Made by a program: the position numbers and the translations under genes. Of a DNA stretch of 64,000 nt, positions 10,493 through 19,290 are shown one piece after another. The notes beneath the pieces were generated by a model. That model saw only the letters and a list, made by a program, of their open reading frames with translations. It searched no databases and was not told the DNA's origin. Numbering within the stretch: position 1 is the first letter of the stretch; every line of letters starts with the position of its first letter. The stretch is from Anaerolineae bacterium (GTDB taxonomy: Bacteria; Chloroflexota; Anaerolineae; Anaerolineales; UBA4823). The DNA lies in the NCBI GenBank assembly GCA_003130835.1, contig QEXX01000059.1:219-64218 (forward strand). Reading direction: 5' to 3'.

Positions 10493-11075
10493 TCGTTTCG
10501 ATGGTATGATGATCCGGGATCAACCAGAAATCTGCTTGGGTTTCCCTACCGTTGCGCAAAAATTTGGCTTGCACCATCAGCACTTCTTCACTCAGCACGT
10601 CTGCGGTGGCAAGGATAACATCCATGATCGCGCCCACCATATCGACGATGACTGCTGGTGGTGAGGGTCGCGCCGCCAAGCCAGCCTTATCCGCAATTGC
10701 ATTAAGGAAAAAGGAACCGGTTAGGTTTCCCAATTCTGCCAAAGCCGACCTTTCCATAGGTCCCAAATGCTTTGTCGTCCCCGGCGGCTCTCCCATCGTC
10801 AAATCAGCGAGTTCTAGGGCTTTCGGATAGGGAATCACCATCATAATTTGTCCGGGGATAGCCCCCTCGACGCGCAAATAAATGCCGACGGCCTCCGTCT
10901 CCGGACCTCCTAACAGGGTAGGAATTTCATAGAAAGGTACAGCTTTGACGGTTGGCATTGTCACGGTGAGGTCCTCGCCAACCATTGCCGACATTCCTCT
11001 AGCTGCATTGCGAATGCCAATATTCGCCATATTGGCTAAAACAGTTTGAAAGTGTTTTGCGTATTCCTCATCCAT
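10458..11075 (-). CDS. cheC: CheY-P phosphatase CheC
   Basis: 205 aa. The second active-site motif S-x3-E-x2-N is present (ERSALAELGNLTG). The first site looks degenerate (TVLANMANIG). It sits between cheA and cheD, as in CheC/CheD systems. Confidence 0.8.
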   Translation of the reverse strand: MDEEYAKHFQTVLANMANIGIRNAARGMSAMVGEDLTVTMPTVKAVPFYEIPTLLGGPETEAVGIYLRVEGAIPGQIMMVIPYPKALELADLTMGEPPGTTKHLGPMERSALAELGNLTGSFFLNAIADKAGLAARPSPPAVIVDMVGAIMDVILATADVLSEEVLMVQAKFLRNGRETQADFWLIPDHHTIETIAKQIEAKNAG

Positions 11076-11093
11076 TTGAAAACCCTTTATGGA

Positions 11094-13376
11094 TCAATCC
11101 GGTAGTCTCTCAAAGCGACCACTGCGCTCGCTCCAGGAGGTTACTAACTTAATTAATCCTTGTACATCAATCACTAAAGCTACCTGCCCATCACCCAAGA
11201 TCGCCGCATTGGAGATTCCAATCACTTCACCAATCACCGAACTGAGGGACTTGACAACAACCTCTTCTTCCCCAATCAAATCGTCTACAATCAATCCCAA
11301 TTGAGACTTTCCCGAACGCACCACAACGATATATTCATAATCATTCTTTGTTCTGCCATGATCACGACTTTGCAGAGCAAATACTTCCCCCAAATTACAC
11401 ACGGGCAAGACATGCTCACGCAGGCTAATCACCGGCCTGCCATTAACGGTTTGAATGTCTTTAGCCTTGATGCGCAATGTCTCATTCACGGTGACCAAGG
11501 GAATCGCATAGGTTGACCCACACACTTTAACCAACAAGGTGGGTACGATTGCCAGCGTTAACGGAAGAATAATGGTGAATTGGGTGCCTTTACCGAGCCA
11601 AGTCTCGACCTGAATGTTTCCATTCAATTGCTCGATATTAGCACGCACGATATCCATGCCAACTCCTCTACCGGAGACATCGCTGACTGTGCGAGCGGTT
11701 GAGAGGCCAGAGACAAAGATTAACTCGATCGCCTCATCCTCGCTCATTGCATCGGCTTCAGCTTGCGTAATTTGCCCCTTTTCAACGGCTTTGGCTTTGA
11801 CTCGGTTGACATCAATCCCACGCCCATCATCTTCTACGGTAATATAAATTCTCCCCTGCTCATGGCGGGCGGTCAGTAAAATAATGCCGCGCTCCGGTTT
11901 TCCAGCTGCGCGTCTTTCTTCTGGAAATTCAATCCCATGATCGACAGCATTGCGAATGAGATGGATCAGGGGATCACTGATGACTTCGAGCACCGAGCGA
12001 TCGAGTTCTGTATCTTCCCCACGAATGACCAAGTCAATTTGTTTGTTTGCTTTTCGCGCCAAATCTCGCACCAAGCGAGGAAACTTATTAAACACGTTGG
12101 AGATCGGCAACATGCGAATCGACATTACTTCCGATTGCAGCATATCCGTGATGCGCCCAACATGGATAATCGTATCGGATAGCGCTTCCACTTGCGGTGA
12201 CCCCCGATAGAGAGCTTCTAACTCTCGCCGCAGTTGGTACATGCGATTGCGATCGGTGATGAGCTCGCCGATCAAGTTCATTAGGTTGTCTAGGCGTTCT
12301 ACACTGGTGCGGACCGTTTTATCGATGACTTTTGTGCGGCCTTTGTCAGTGGTATCCGCCTCGGCAGATACCATCGCAGGGGCTTTCTTCTGTGCGGATT
12401 GCTCGGCAATGATTTCATCAAGGACCTCTTGAGAGACCCACCCCATCCCAACCAGAATCTGCCCCAAAGGTTTTGAGGGGCCTTCGCTCTCCCTCTGGAT
12501 ACGAAGAGCCGTTTGGAGCTGTTCTTCGGTTATAAGTCCATTTTGCACCAGCAATTCCCCTAAGGAATATTTGGCTTGTGGTGCAGGTCTTGATTCGACC
12601 TGGACAGGTTTCGTTTCAAGCGTTTCACTTTTGAGTTGCTCGCCCTCGATGAGGATCTCTTCTAGTTCAGAAATCATTGAAAGCGATTTACGAATTTCAT
12701 AAAGGGGTTTAGTTGGTCGGAACATCACCGTCAGCCAAGCTACCGGTGTTGCCGATTCGATCACCGAAAGCGGCGGATTTAATTCCAGAATATGCCCCAT
12801 TTCCTGCAAGGCGAAGACAACCTGTAAAGCACGTGCAGCCGAAGCAATACTCTCTTGGCTGATCTTCACCTGAATGGTCAGGGGCTGGCTAGTTTGATCA
12901 GCTTGGTTGGTTGATTGAGCCTTTTCTGATGGCTGTGAGGCAATTGAGGCTGGTTTTTGGATCGAGCTCGCTGAGCCGCTTTGGACTCCGCTTAGCTGTT
13001 GGAGTTGAGCAATAATCGAGTGAACATTAATAGAGCTAAGTTCCTCGCTTCCGACTTCGTCAAGTAATTGATGCAAGCTGTCCAAAGACTCCAACATGAC
13101 ATCGATTAACTCAGACGAAGGCTCAAGAGCTTGTTTGCGCACCCCATCTAAAACGGTCTCCAATGCATGGGTCAGCTCAACCATGCGTTTGTGACCGATC
13201 ATGCCTGCGGAGCCCTTCAGAGTGTGCGCGGCGCGGAAGAGCGCCTGAACCAATTCTTGGTCTTGAGATTTGCGTTCCAGTTGCACCAAGCCTTCTTCCA
13301 AAATTTGCAGTTGGTCTTCGGCTTCAGCTCGAAAAATGGGGAGTTCTTCTTCCGTAATATCAAAGCGAGTGTTCAT
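11094..13376 (-). CDS. cheA: Chemotaxis histidine kinase CheA (Hpt, inserted MshEN-like motif pair, dimerisation domain, HATPase, C-terminal CheW-like domain)
   Basis: 760 aa. The Hpt motif is FRAAHTLKGSAGMIGH. The N/G boxes are LIHLIRNAVDHGIE, VEDDGRGID and GRGVGMD. A C-terminal CheW-like domain is present. Confidence 0.9.
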   Translation of the reverse strand: MNTRFDITEEELPIFRAEAEDQLQILEEGLVQLERKSQDQELVQALFRAAHTLKGSAGMIGHKRMVELTHALETVLDGVRKQALEPSSELIDVMLESLDSLHQLLDEVGSEELSSINVHSIIAQLQQLSGVQSGSASSIQKPASIASQPSEKAQSTNQADQTSQPLTIQVKISQESIASAARALQVVFALQEMGHILELNPPLSVIESATPVAWLTVMFRPTKPLYEIRKSLSMISELEEILIEGEQLKSETLETKPVQVESRPAPQAKYSLGELLVQNGLITEEQLQTALRIQRESEGPSKPLGQILVGMGWVSQEVLDEIIAEQSAQKKAPAMVSAEADTTDKGRTKVIDKTVRTSVERLDNLMNLIGELITDRNRMYQLRRELEALYRGSPQVEALSDTIIHVGRITDMLQSEVMSIRMLPISNVFNKFPRLVRDLARKANKQIDLVIRGEDTELDRSVLEVISDPLIHLIRNAVDHGIEFPEERRAAGKPERGIILLTARHEQGRIYITVEDDGRGIDVNRVKAKAVEKGQITQAEADAMSEDEAIELIFVSGLSTARTVSDVSGRGVGMDIVRANIEQLNGNIQVETWLGKGTQFTIILPLTLAIVPTLLVKVCGSTYAIPLVTVNETLRIKAKDIQTVNGRPVISLREHVLPVCNLGEVFALQSRDHGRTKNDYEYIVVVRSGKSQLGLIVDDLIGEEEVVVKSLSSVIGEVIGISNAAILGDGQVALVIDVQGLIKLVTSWSERSGRFERLPD

Positions 13377-13437
13377 AGGCGACTCAACGAGATTCCCTTT
13401 TCCTAAATGACAGCTTAGCAGAGTTGCTGTGCCATCA

Positions 13438-13465
13438 GATATATCCTATTAGGGTTTGTTGTCAA
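13438..13465 (-). promoter_or_regulatory. Candidate sigma-70-type promoter for the che operon
   Basis: On the minus strand: TTGACA (13465-13460), a 16-nt spacer, then TATATC (13443-13438). This lies about 60 nt upstream of the cheA ATG. It is a pattern match only. Confidence 0.3.
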
Positions 13466-13534
13466 GGAAAGTAAACTTGACATAAAAAAATGCCTTACAA
13501 AATTCTTAGGTGAACTCCGTCCCCTCAAGCTAAT

Positions 13535-13942
13535 TCAGAAAACTCCTTGATTATTGAGAAAACGGGTGTACTGCTTATCCGTTTGAAGAATGTGATCAGC
13601 TACCCAAGATTTCAAAAAGTTTAGCAATTGCACCGAAAGCCCCATTGGGTTCTGACGGTACTGACGTTGAAACTCTTGGACTTGGCGGGTTAGTTTCGCA
13701 TGTTCAGCTTTGTGATGGACGTAACCCGGAAAGTTATAGGCTTCCATCAGTCGCTCTTCGGTCTCAAAATGATATTGCGTGTAATCGATCAAACGGTTTA
13801 TGATGTCATTGATCATTTGGGAGCTCTTCCCTTCACGCATGGCACGATGAAGCTGGTTGACGATTTCAATCAGCTGCCGGTGTTGGTTATCGATTTCTTT
13901 GATATTCACCGAGAAGTCATCCATCCAAGTGATAAGGGTCAT
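13535..13942 (-). CDS. Bacteriohemerythrin (single-domain hemerythrin-like metal-binding protein)
   Basis: 135 aa. ITWMDDFSVNIKEIDNQHRQLIEIVNQL, HFETEERLM, HHKAEHAKL and WVADHILQTDKQY give the H...HxxxE...HxxxH...HxxxxD ligand pattern. Confidence 0.85.
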   Translation of the reverse strand: MTLITWMDDFSVNIKEIDNQHRQLIEIVNQLHRAMREGKSSQMINDIINRLIDYTQYHFETEERLMEAYNFPGYVHHKAEHAKLTRQVQEFQRQYRQNPMGLSVQLLNFLKSWVADHILQTDKQYTRFLNNQGVF

Positions 13943-13963
13943 GGTTAATACCTCCAGCGTATG

Positions 13964-14626
13964 TTAGATAAGGGTAAATTTTGTTGGATCAATGGCTTGT
14001 CCATTCTTCCTGACTTCGTAGTGCAAATGCGGTCCGGTCGAATTACCCGTATTTCCAGAGTAACCGATGATCATCCCTGCGGTTACCTTATCTCCGATTT
14101 TGACTGGAATTTTGGATAGGTGGGCGAAATACACTCGATAAGGGCCGTTTTCAATGATGACCAAATTTCCATAGCCCTGGTCATTCCAACCCGCATAAAC
14201 CACTTCGCCATCCAAAGTCGCCTTAACCGGTGTGCCAACCGGGACACCAAAGTCGAGAGCAATATGTCCACTGTGTGACTCCTGAGTTAAGCGCCCCTTC
14301 ACCGGCAAACCGCGCGGGGCATCCACCGGCTGGCTCGATGCGACCGGCGACTTAGGGAACTCAACGGTTTCCACTTGATCGGCAAGCAGTTGTTCGAAAA
14401 GGCTGAGCATCAGTGGCGCCATCAAATTGCTCATTCCAAATGGTTCGGATCGGTCACTAGAAGCTCCCTGAGACACCATGTTGCTCAGCAAAACCAAGGT
14501 CAGCAATTTCCGAAAATCCGCTTTGTCAATCGAAGCATCTTGCGAATTTGACTCCCTGTTCGAGGCTGACTCCGTTGGTAAGGTTGAACGAAAAGCAAAC
14601 AGAGGATAAATCAAAGAACTATCCAT
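13964..14626 (-). CDS. M23 (LytM-type) peptidase
   Basis: 220 aa. The LytM motifs are HIALDFGVPVGTPV, YGNLVII and GYSGNTGNSTGPHLHYEV. Confidence 0.85.
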   Translation of the reverse strand: MDSSLIYPLFAFRSTLPTESASNRESNSQDASIDKADFRKLLTLVLLSNMVSQGASSDRSEPFGMSNLMAPLMLSLFEQLLADQVETVEFPKSPVASSQPVDAPRGLPVKGRLTQESHSGHIALDFGVPVGTPVKATLDGEVVYAGWNDQGYGNLVIIENGPYRVYFAHLSKIPVKIGDKVTAGMIIGYSGNTGNSTGPHLHYEVRKNGQAIDPTKFTLI

Positions 14627-14831
14627 TAGCCTTCCTCAAATCTTGCCTAGATTGAACCTTTATACCGTGTTCATTGTAAGCAAGGATAAGGAAAAATTCC
14701 GTAAAACTGGGATAAAAATTCTTCACTTTTATTCAACCTTTACGGGAATTTCAGATCGTTTTTATTCAAGAAACCCATTGGCTGATTTAGAGTTAGAATT
14801 GGATTAAACTCCATCAGGAAGGAGCAACACC

Positions 14832-16493
14832 TTGGACGAATTCTCCCTAGAAGCCTTACTCATGAACGCAAATCAAGCCGTTGCGGCAGGAAACTGGTCA
14901 GAAGCTCTCGCTTTTCTCAAACAAGCCCAAGACCTGCAGCCGTATAACGCCGACCTGCTGACTGCCATTGGCGGTGTTTATATCCAAATGGGAAAAGCGG
15001 AGGACTCTTTAGAGTACTATCAGGAAGCCCTACGCCTACAGCCCTATTCGGCGCAAGCTCATCAGAATTTAGGGAACGCTTACACCATTTTAGGACGCTA
15101 TTCAGAGGCAGAAACATCCTATCGAAATGCCTTAGGACTGGACGAAGAAGATCGTTTTAGCTGGATGGGGCTAGCGCGGGTATGCATTGTACAAGGCAAA
15201 TACCAAGAAGGCGTGGAAATTTTAGCTGCCCTCATCAAGAGCGATCCTGAAGACCCTCAAGCCATCACGCTTTTGGCGGAGTGTTACGAGCAAGCTGGCG
15301 ATCTAGATTCTGCCCGCTGGCTCTACCAACAAGCCCTGAATGTGGATGAAGACTACGAGTTCGCCAAGCAAGGGATCGAGCGGGTTAAGAGCCAAGCAGT
15401 CTCGCTTGGTGAGGTGGATAAACAAATTCTTGCTCAGAAACTGGCGGCGCTAAAGAGCAAATTGCAAGCTCAGCAAAAGCAGGCAAGCCCTTCCCAAACA
15501 CTCAAAACGGCACGGATTCTGATCTGTGGGCCCGCACTGACGAGCAGTGAACTACGCCTTGGCGGCTTAGCTCAGCAACTCCTCCAGCAGGGCTATAAGG
15601 TAAAAATCACCACGCATGGCGAAGACTTCAGTCAGGAAGCACCGCAGTATGCCCTCTTTAGCCGTCCTCATTTTAACGACGAGCTGACCCAGGCTGTGTT
15701 ACAGAGCAAAGCAAAGGGCGCAAAGGTCATTGTTGATCTCGACGAAGATTTCTTCACCCTGCCGCCTGAGTATTACAATTTTTCCTCTCTGAGTGCGGTC
15801 AATCCACAAGTTGCGACACGCCTGAGCGAGGTGCTCCAAGCTGCCGATGTCGTGACCGTACCGAGCGAAGCGTTGCAAGAGGTCTATCAGAACAAAACCA
15901 AGCGAGTGGTGTCGATTCCCTTTAGTTGGGATGATACGAATCCAATGTGGAAAAAACCCGCGCCGTCGCGCACAATGGTAAAAATCGGCCTGATCGCCAA
16001 TCATACCCAATCCCCCGATCTATCTGCGTTTGGGGATAGTATCCAACAGATATGCAACGAGACGGATCAACTACTTATTGGCGTTGTAGCTAGCCTTGAT
16101 CTTTATAACAAACTAGAGGGCATCAGTGAAGAGCGCAAATATTTTGTTCCACCGGGCTCTATTGAAGATTATCCCTACCTCCTTGCAGATTTCGACCTCT
16201 TGCTGTTCCCCCTAGCGGACATTCCCTACAATCATTCCAAAAGCGATTTGGCACTCTTAGAGTGCGGGGCACGCAAGGTCTGCTGGGTAGCTTCTCCCAT
16301 AGCGGCATACCGCGCTTGGGCGCAGGGTGGTTTGTTTGCCTCCAGCCCTATGGAATGGAAAGAAGCTATAATGGCTTTAATCAATACTCCAGATCGACGC
16401 GCCCAACTCGCCGAAGAAGGGCACCGCAAAGCGCAACAACGCACCACCGCGCAATTGTCCCAAAAATGGTTGGAGTTGCTTCAATCCGTGTAA
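14832..16493 (+). CDS. TPR-repeat protein with a C-terminal GT-B glycosyltransferase-like domain
   Basis: 553 aa. There are about five TPR units (AGNWSEALAFLKQAQDLQPYN, LEYYQEALRLQPYSAQAHQNLG, and others). The C-terminal half resembles a GT1/GT4 fold. The TTG start is preceded by AGGAAGGAG 7 nt upstream; an ATG at 14862 is the alternative. Confidence 0.65.
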   Translation: MDEFSLEALLMNANQAVAAGNWSEALAFLKQAQDLQPYNADLLTAIGGVYIQMGKAEDSLEYYQEALRLQPYSAQAHQNLGNAYTILGRYSEAETSYRNALGLDEEDRFSWMGLARVCIVQGKYQEGVEILAALIKSDPEDPQAITLLAECYEQAGDLDSARWLYQQALNVDEDYEFAKQGIERVKSQAVSLGEVDKQILAQKLAALKSKLQAQQKQASPSQTLKTARILICGPALTSSELRLGGLAQQLLQQGYKVKITTHGEDFSQEAPQYALFSRPHFNDELTQAVLQSKAKGAKVIVDLDEDFFTLPPEYYNFSSLSAVNPQVATRLSEVLQAADVVTVPSEALQEVYQNKTKRVVSIPFSWDDTNPMWKKPAPSRTMVKIGLIANHTQSPDLSAFGDSIQQICNETDQLLIGVVASLDLYNKLEGISEERKYFVPPGSIEDYPYLLADFDLLLFPLADIPYNHSKSDLALLECGARKVCWVASPIAAYRAWAQGGLFASSPMEWKEAIMALINTPDRRAQLAEEGHRKAQQRTTAQLSQKWLELLQSV

Positions 16494-16507
16494 AGAAGGA
16501 CGCCACT

Positions 16508-17863
16508 ATGTCAGTTACCCCTGATTGGAAGGCAGCCACGCAAGAGACCGTGGCGCATCTCTCCCGCCTCATCCAGGCTGAGACGGTCAACCCACCGGGC
16601 AATGAGTTACCGGCGATTTTGTTCATCAAAGAGCTTCTCGAACAGGAGGGCTTTCGTTCGCCCGATGATTTTGTCATCCTCGAGTCGGCTCCAAACCGCG
16701 TCAATTTGGTCGCCCGCTTGCGGGGGGATGGTTCTCAACGCCCCTTGCTCTTGTCGGGACATGTCGATGTCGTGCCAGTCGAACGAGAAAAGTGGAGCCA
16801 CGATCCCTTCGGTGGCGAAGTGATTGATGGTGAGGTGTGGGGGCGTGGGGCGCTGGATATGAAGGGCTTCCTTGCCATGTATTTGCAAATCTTCCTGCAG
16901 GTTCGTCGTTTGAGACTGCCGCTCAAGCGCGATCTCATTTTCGCTGCCATAGCAGATGAAGAAGCTGGGTTCGATCACGGCTCCAAGTTCTTAGTCACCC
17001 AACACCGAGACTTAATCGACGCTGAATATGGATTAACCGAAGGAGGGGCCTTCACGATTCCAATGGGAAAGCGGCGCATCTATGCCATTCAGGCCGCTGA
17101 GAAGGGAGTCACCTGGCTAAAAATGACCACCTCAGGGAAGCCCGGTCATGCCTCCCTGCCTCATGACGAAAACGCCGTCTTCTATCTTGCGCGCGCCATT
17201 GAACGGATTCGCCGCGCTGGGCATTTGCCGGTCCACATCACCCCTACCTTTCAAGCCATGATTGCTAAGGCAGCCGCTCAAGTTGGTTTTCCCGCTTCTC
17301 TATTGATTCGCAGTCTATCTTATCCCTGGGTGGTGAGCCTGTGCTTGAAACTCCTGAAAGGTCAACCGAAATCGTTGCTGACCGCGCTAACGACGAACAC
17401 CTGTACCCCCACCATCCTTCAAGCCGGTCAAAAAACCAATGTCATCCCAGCCGAGGCTGCGGTACATCTCGATTGTCGCCGCCTGCCAGGTCAATCCCCT
17501 GAGGACGTCATGAAAGAGATCTTATCCCTGACAGGCGCAGGCGTCAGCTTCGAACCCTTAGATACCTCGCCGGGCGCTGCTTTTCCGACCGAATCGCCTC
17601 TATATCGCCTGCTTGAGCAAGAAACACGCCGCTTAGACCCACAGGGAATGGTTATCCCCATGATGATGCCAGGCGCAACCGATGCCTGTGTGTATCGCCA
17701 AGCTGGCATCACAATGTATGGTTTCACGCCAGGGCGATTCCCAGAAGGTTTTCCGGTCTTATCCATGGCGCACGGTCATGATGAACGGATTCCTATCTCG
17801 TTCATCGAAAGTGGACTGCCGGTGCTGTGGGCAGTTGTGCAGAAATTCTGCTCACAGAGTTAA
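16508..17863 (+). CDS. M20-family metallopeptidase (ArgE/DapE/ACY1/CPG2 family)
   Basis: I start at the in-frame ATG 16508 (MSVTPDWKAATQETVAHLSRLIQAETVNPPGNE), immediately after the stop of the upstream gene. LLLSGHVDVVP, WGRGALDMKG and ADEEAG are M20 motifs. Confidence 0.85.
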   Translation: MSVTPDWKAATQETVAHLSRLIQAETVNPPGNELPAILFIKELLEQEGFRSPDDFVILESAPNRVNLVARLRGDGSQRPLLLSGHVDVVPVEREKWSHDPFGGEVIDGEVWGRGALDMKGFLAMYLQIFLQVRRLRLPLKRDLIFAAIADEEAGFDHGSKFLVTQHRDLIDAEYGLTEGGAFTIPMGKRRIYAIQAAEKGVTWLKMTTSGKPGHASLPHDENAVFYLARAIERIRRAGHLPVHITPTFQAMIAKAAAQVGFPASLLIRSLSYPWVVSLCLKLLKGQPKSLLTALTTNTCTPTILQAGQKTNVIPAEAAVHLDCRRLPGQSPEDVMKEILSLTGAGVSFEPLDTSPGAAFPTESPLYRLLEQETRRLDPQGMVIPMMMPGATDACVYRQAGITMYGFTPGRFPEGFPVLSMAHGHDERIPISFIESGLPVLWAVVQKFCSQS

Positions 17864-19245
17864 TGTGCGCGCGACAAAACGATCGCATCGATGGCCGTAA
17901 CTAGCTGTGCTAGCGTAGCTGCAGGCAAGACCTTGTCGCAATAAGGGAGATACGCCAGCATATCCGAATCGCCGCTTCCCCACATCCAAGGGGGTTCAGG
18001 GTTCAACCAGATCACAGTGCGGGCAAGCCGCCCAAAGCGCTCGATGAGATCGGCGCGAGAGGGGTTATAGTTATTGCGTCCATCTCCAACCAAAATCAGC
18101 GTTGTACGCCGGTCTAAGGTATAAAGATAATGACGCTCAAATTCACCTAAAACCTGACCGAGATCGGTATTGTAATGACCTGGCGGCAACCGCCAAAGAA
18201 CCTGGGTAATGGCTTGTTGCACCGGCTGTCGCTCAAAGTCAGGTGAAATGTACTCAAGATGGTCAATAAATGCAAAGGCATGGGTATGGGTGATCTGATC
18301 TTGTAATGAGTACAACAAGCTGAGCATTAATTCGGAACAAAAACGCATCGACGTGCTAACGTCGCACAAGACGACAATTTTTGGCTTTAGGGTGCGGTCG
18401 GCAAAATACAACTGCATGGGGACGTGCCCGCTTTTCAGAGCAGCGCGCAGAGTTGTCTTGACATCCAAGCGGCCCTTCCGTTCACGCTGTAGGCGAAGTG
18501 CCAAGCGCGTGCGCAGGCTGGCAGCTAAACGCCGAATCTCATGACGCAGCACTTCCATTTCTCTCGGAGAGAGATGCTGTAAGGGACGCTGTAGCAAGGC
18601 ATCGATAGAGGGGGTTTGCCGTCGCTGGGTAGCTTGCAGCCGTTGCCGCTCGCCAATATGTTGACGGAGCTGCTCCTGCATGGCCTGCAGGTTTTGTTGA
18701 ATACCCGCCCGTAATTGTTCAATTTTTTCACGGTTGAGGCCCAAAGTTTGCAGCGTTTCAAGCAACTCCTGCATGGCTTGTCGTACTTCTTCAAACTGCA
18801 AAGCTTTTAGGTAGCGTTGGAGAAGTTTATCGGGGTTACGGTCAAGGGGCGACGGGTGGGCGTTTAGCCATTGGTCTAACTCTGCTAGCTCCTCGGGCGA
18901 AAGTGATTCGCCGCGCAAGACCTTCTCCATCCACTGACGAATTTGTTGAGCAAATTGGCGCAACGCTTCAGCAAGCTGAGCTGCCTCTTCTGAGCTTAGG
19001 TCCTCCAACAAGTTCGACATGGATGGGGGTGAGCCGGCTTGAAAGAAAAGATCAAACAAGCGGTCGAACGTAGGGAAATCGCGTTGCTCTTTAATCAGGG
19101 TAGAACGTAGGCTCTGCCGAAAACGTTCTCGGTCTTGAATGCCAAGCTGTTGCATCGCAAGAAAAGCGTCGGCACTTTCTGCCATACTGACGCGCACCCC
19201 ATTGGCTCTAAGAGCAGCGATAAATTGAAGCGTGCGTTCTTCCAT
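17860..19245 (-). CDS. VWA-domain protein of the CoxE type (partner of the MoxR ATPase)
   Basis: 461 aa. The N-terminus FIAALRANGVRVSMAESADAFLAM is typical of the CoxE family. The C-terminal VWA domain has IVVLCDVSTSM. Confidence 0.75.
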   Translation of the reverse strand: MEERTLQFIAALRANGVRVSMAESADAFLAMQQLGIQDRERFRQSLRSTLIKEQRDFPTFDRLFDLFFQAGSPPSMSNLLEDLSSEEAAQLAEALRQFAQQIRQWMEKVLRGESLSPEELAELDQWLNAHPSPLDRNPDKLLQRYLKALQFEEVRQAMQELLETLQTLGLNREKIEQLRAGIQQNLQAMQEQLRQHIGERQRLQATQRRQTPSIDALLQRPLQHLSPREMEVLRHEIRRLAASLRTRLALRLQRERKGRLDVKTTLRAALKSGHVPMQLYFADRTLKPKIVVLCDVSTSMRFCSELMLSLLYSLQDQITHTHAFAFIDHLEYISPDFERQPVQQAITQVLWRLPPGHYNTDLGQVLGEFERHYLYTLDRRTTLILVGDGRNNYNPSRADLIERFGRLARTVIWLNPEPPWMWGSGDSDMLAYLPYCDKVLPAATLAQLVTAIDAIVLSRAH

Positions 19246-19290
19246 ACCAGTACCCTGTTCAGCGTATGAAACACGTTCAAAAGGTCAACA

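Noticed and set aside
16262-16507. N-terminal 82 codons of the ORF-track call 16262-17863
   Set aside because: This stretch overlaps the 3' end of the TPR/GT gene in another frame, and its translation (RGTQGLLGSFSHSGIPRLGAGW...) is Arg-rich nonsense. The M20 homology starts at ATG 16508, right after the upstream stop.
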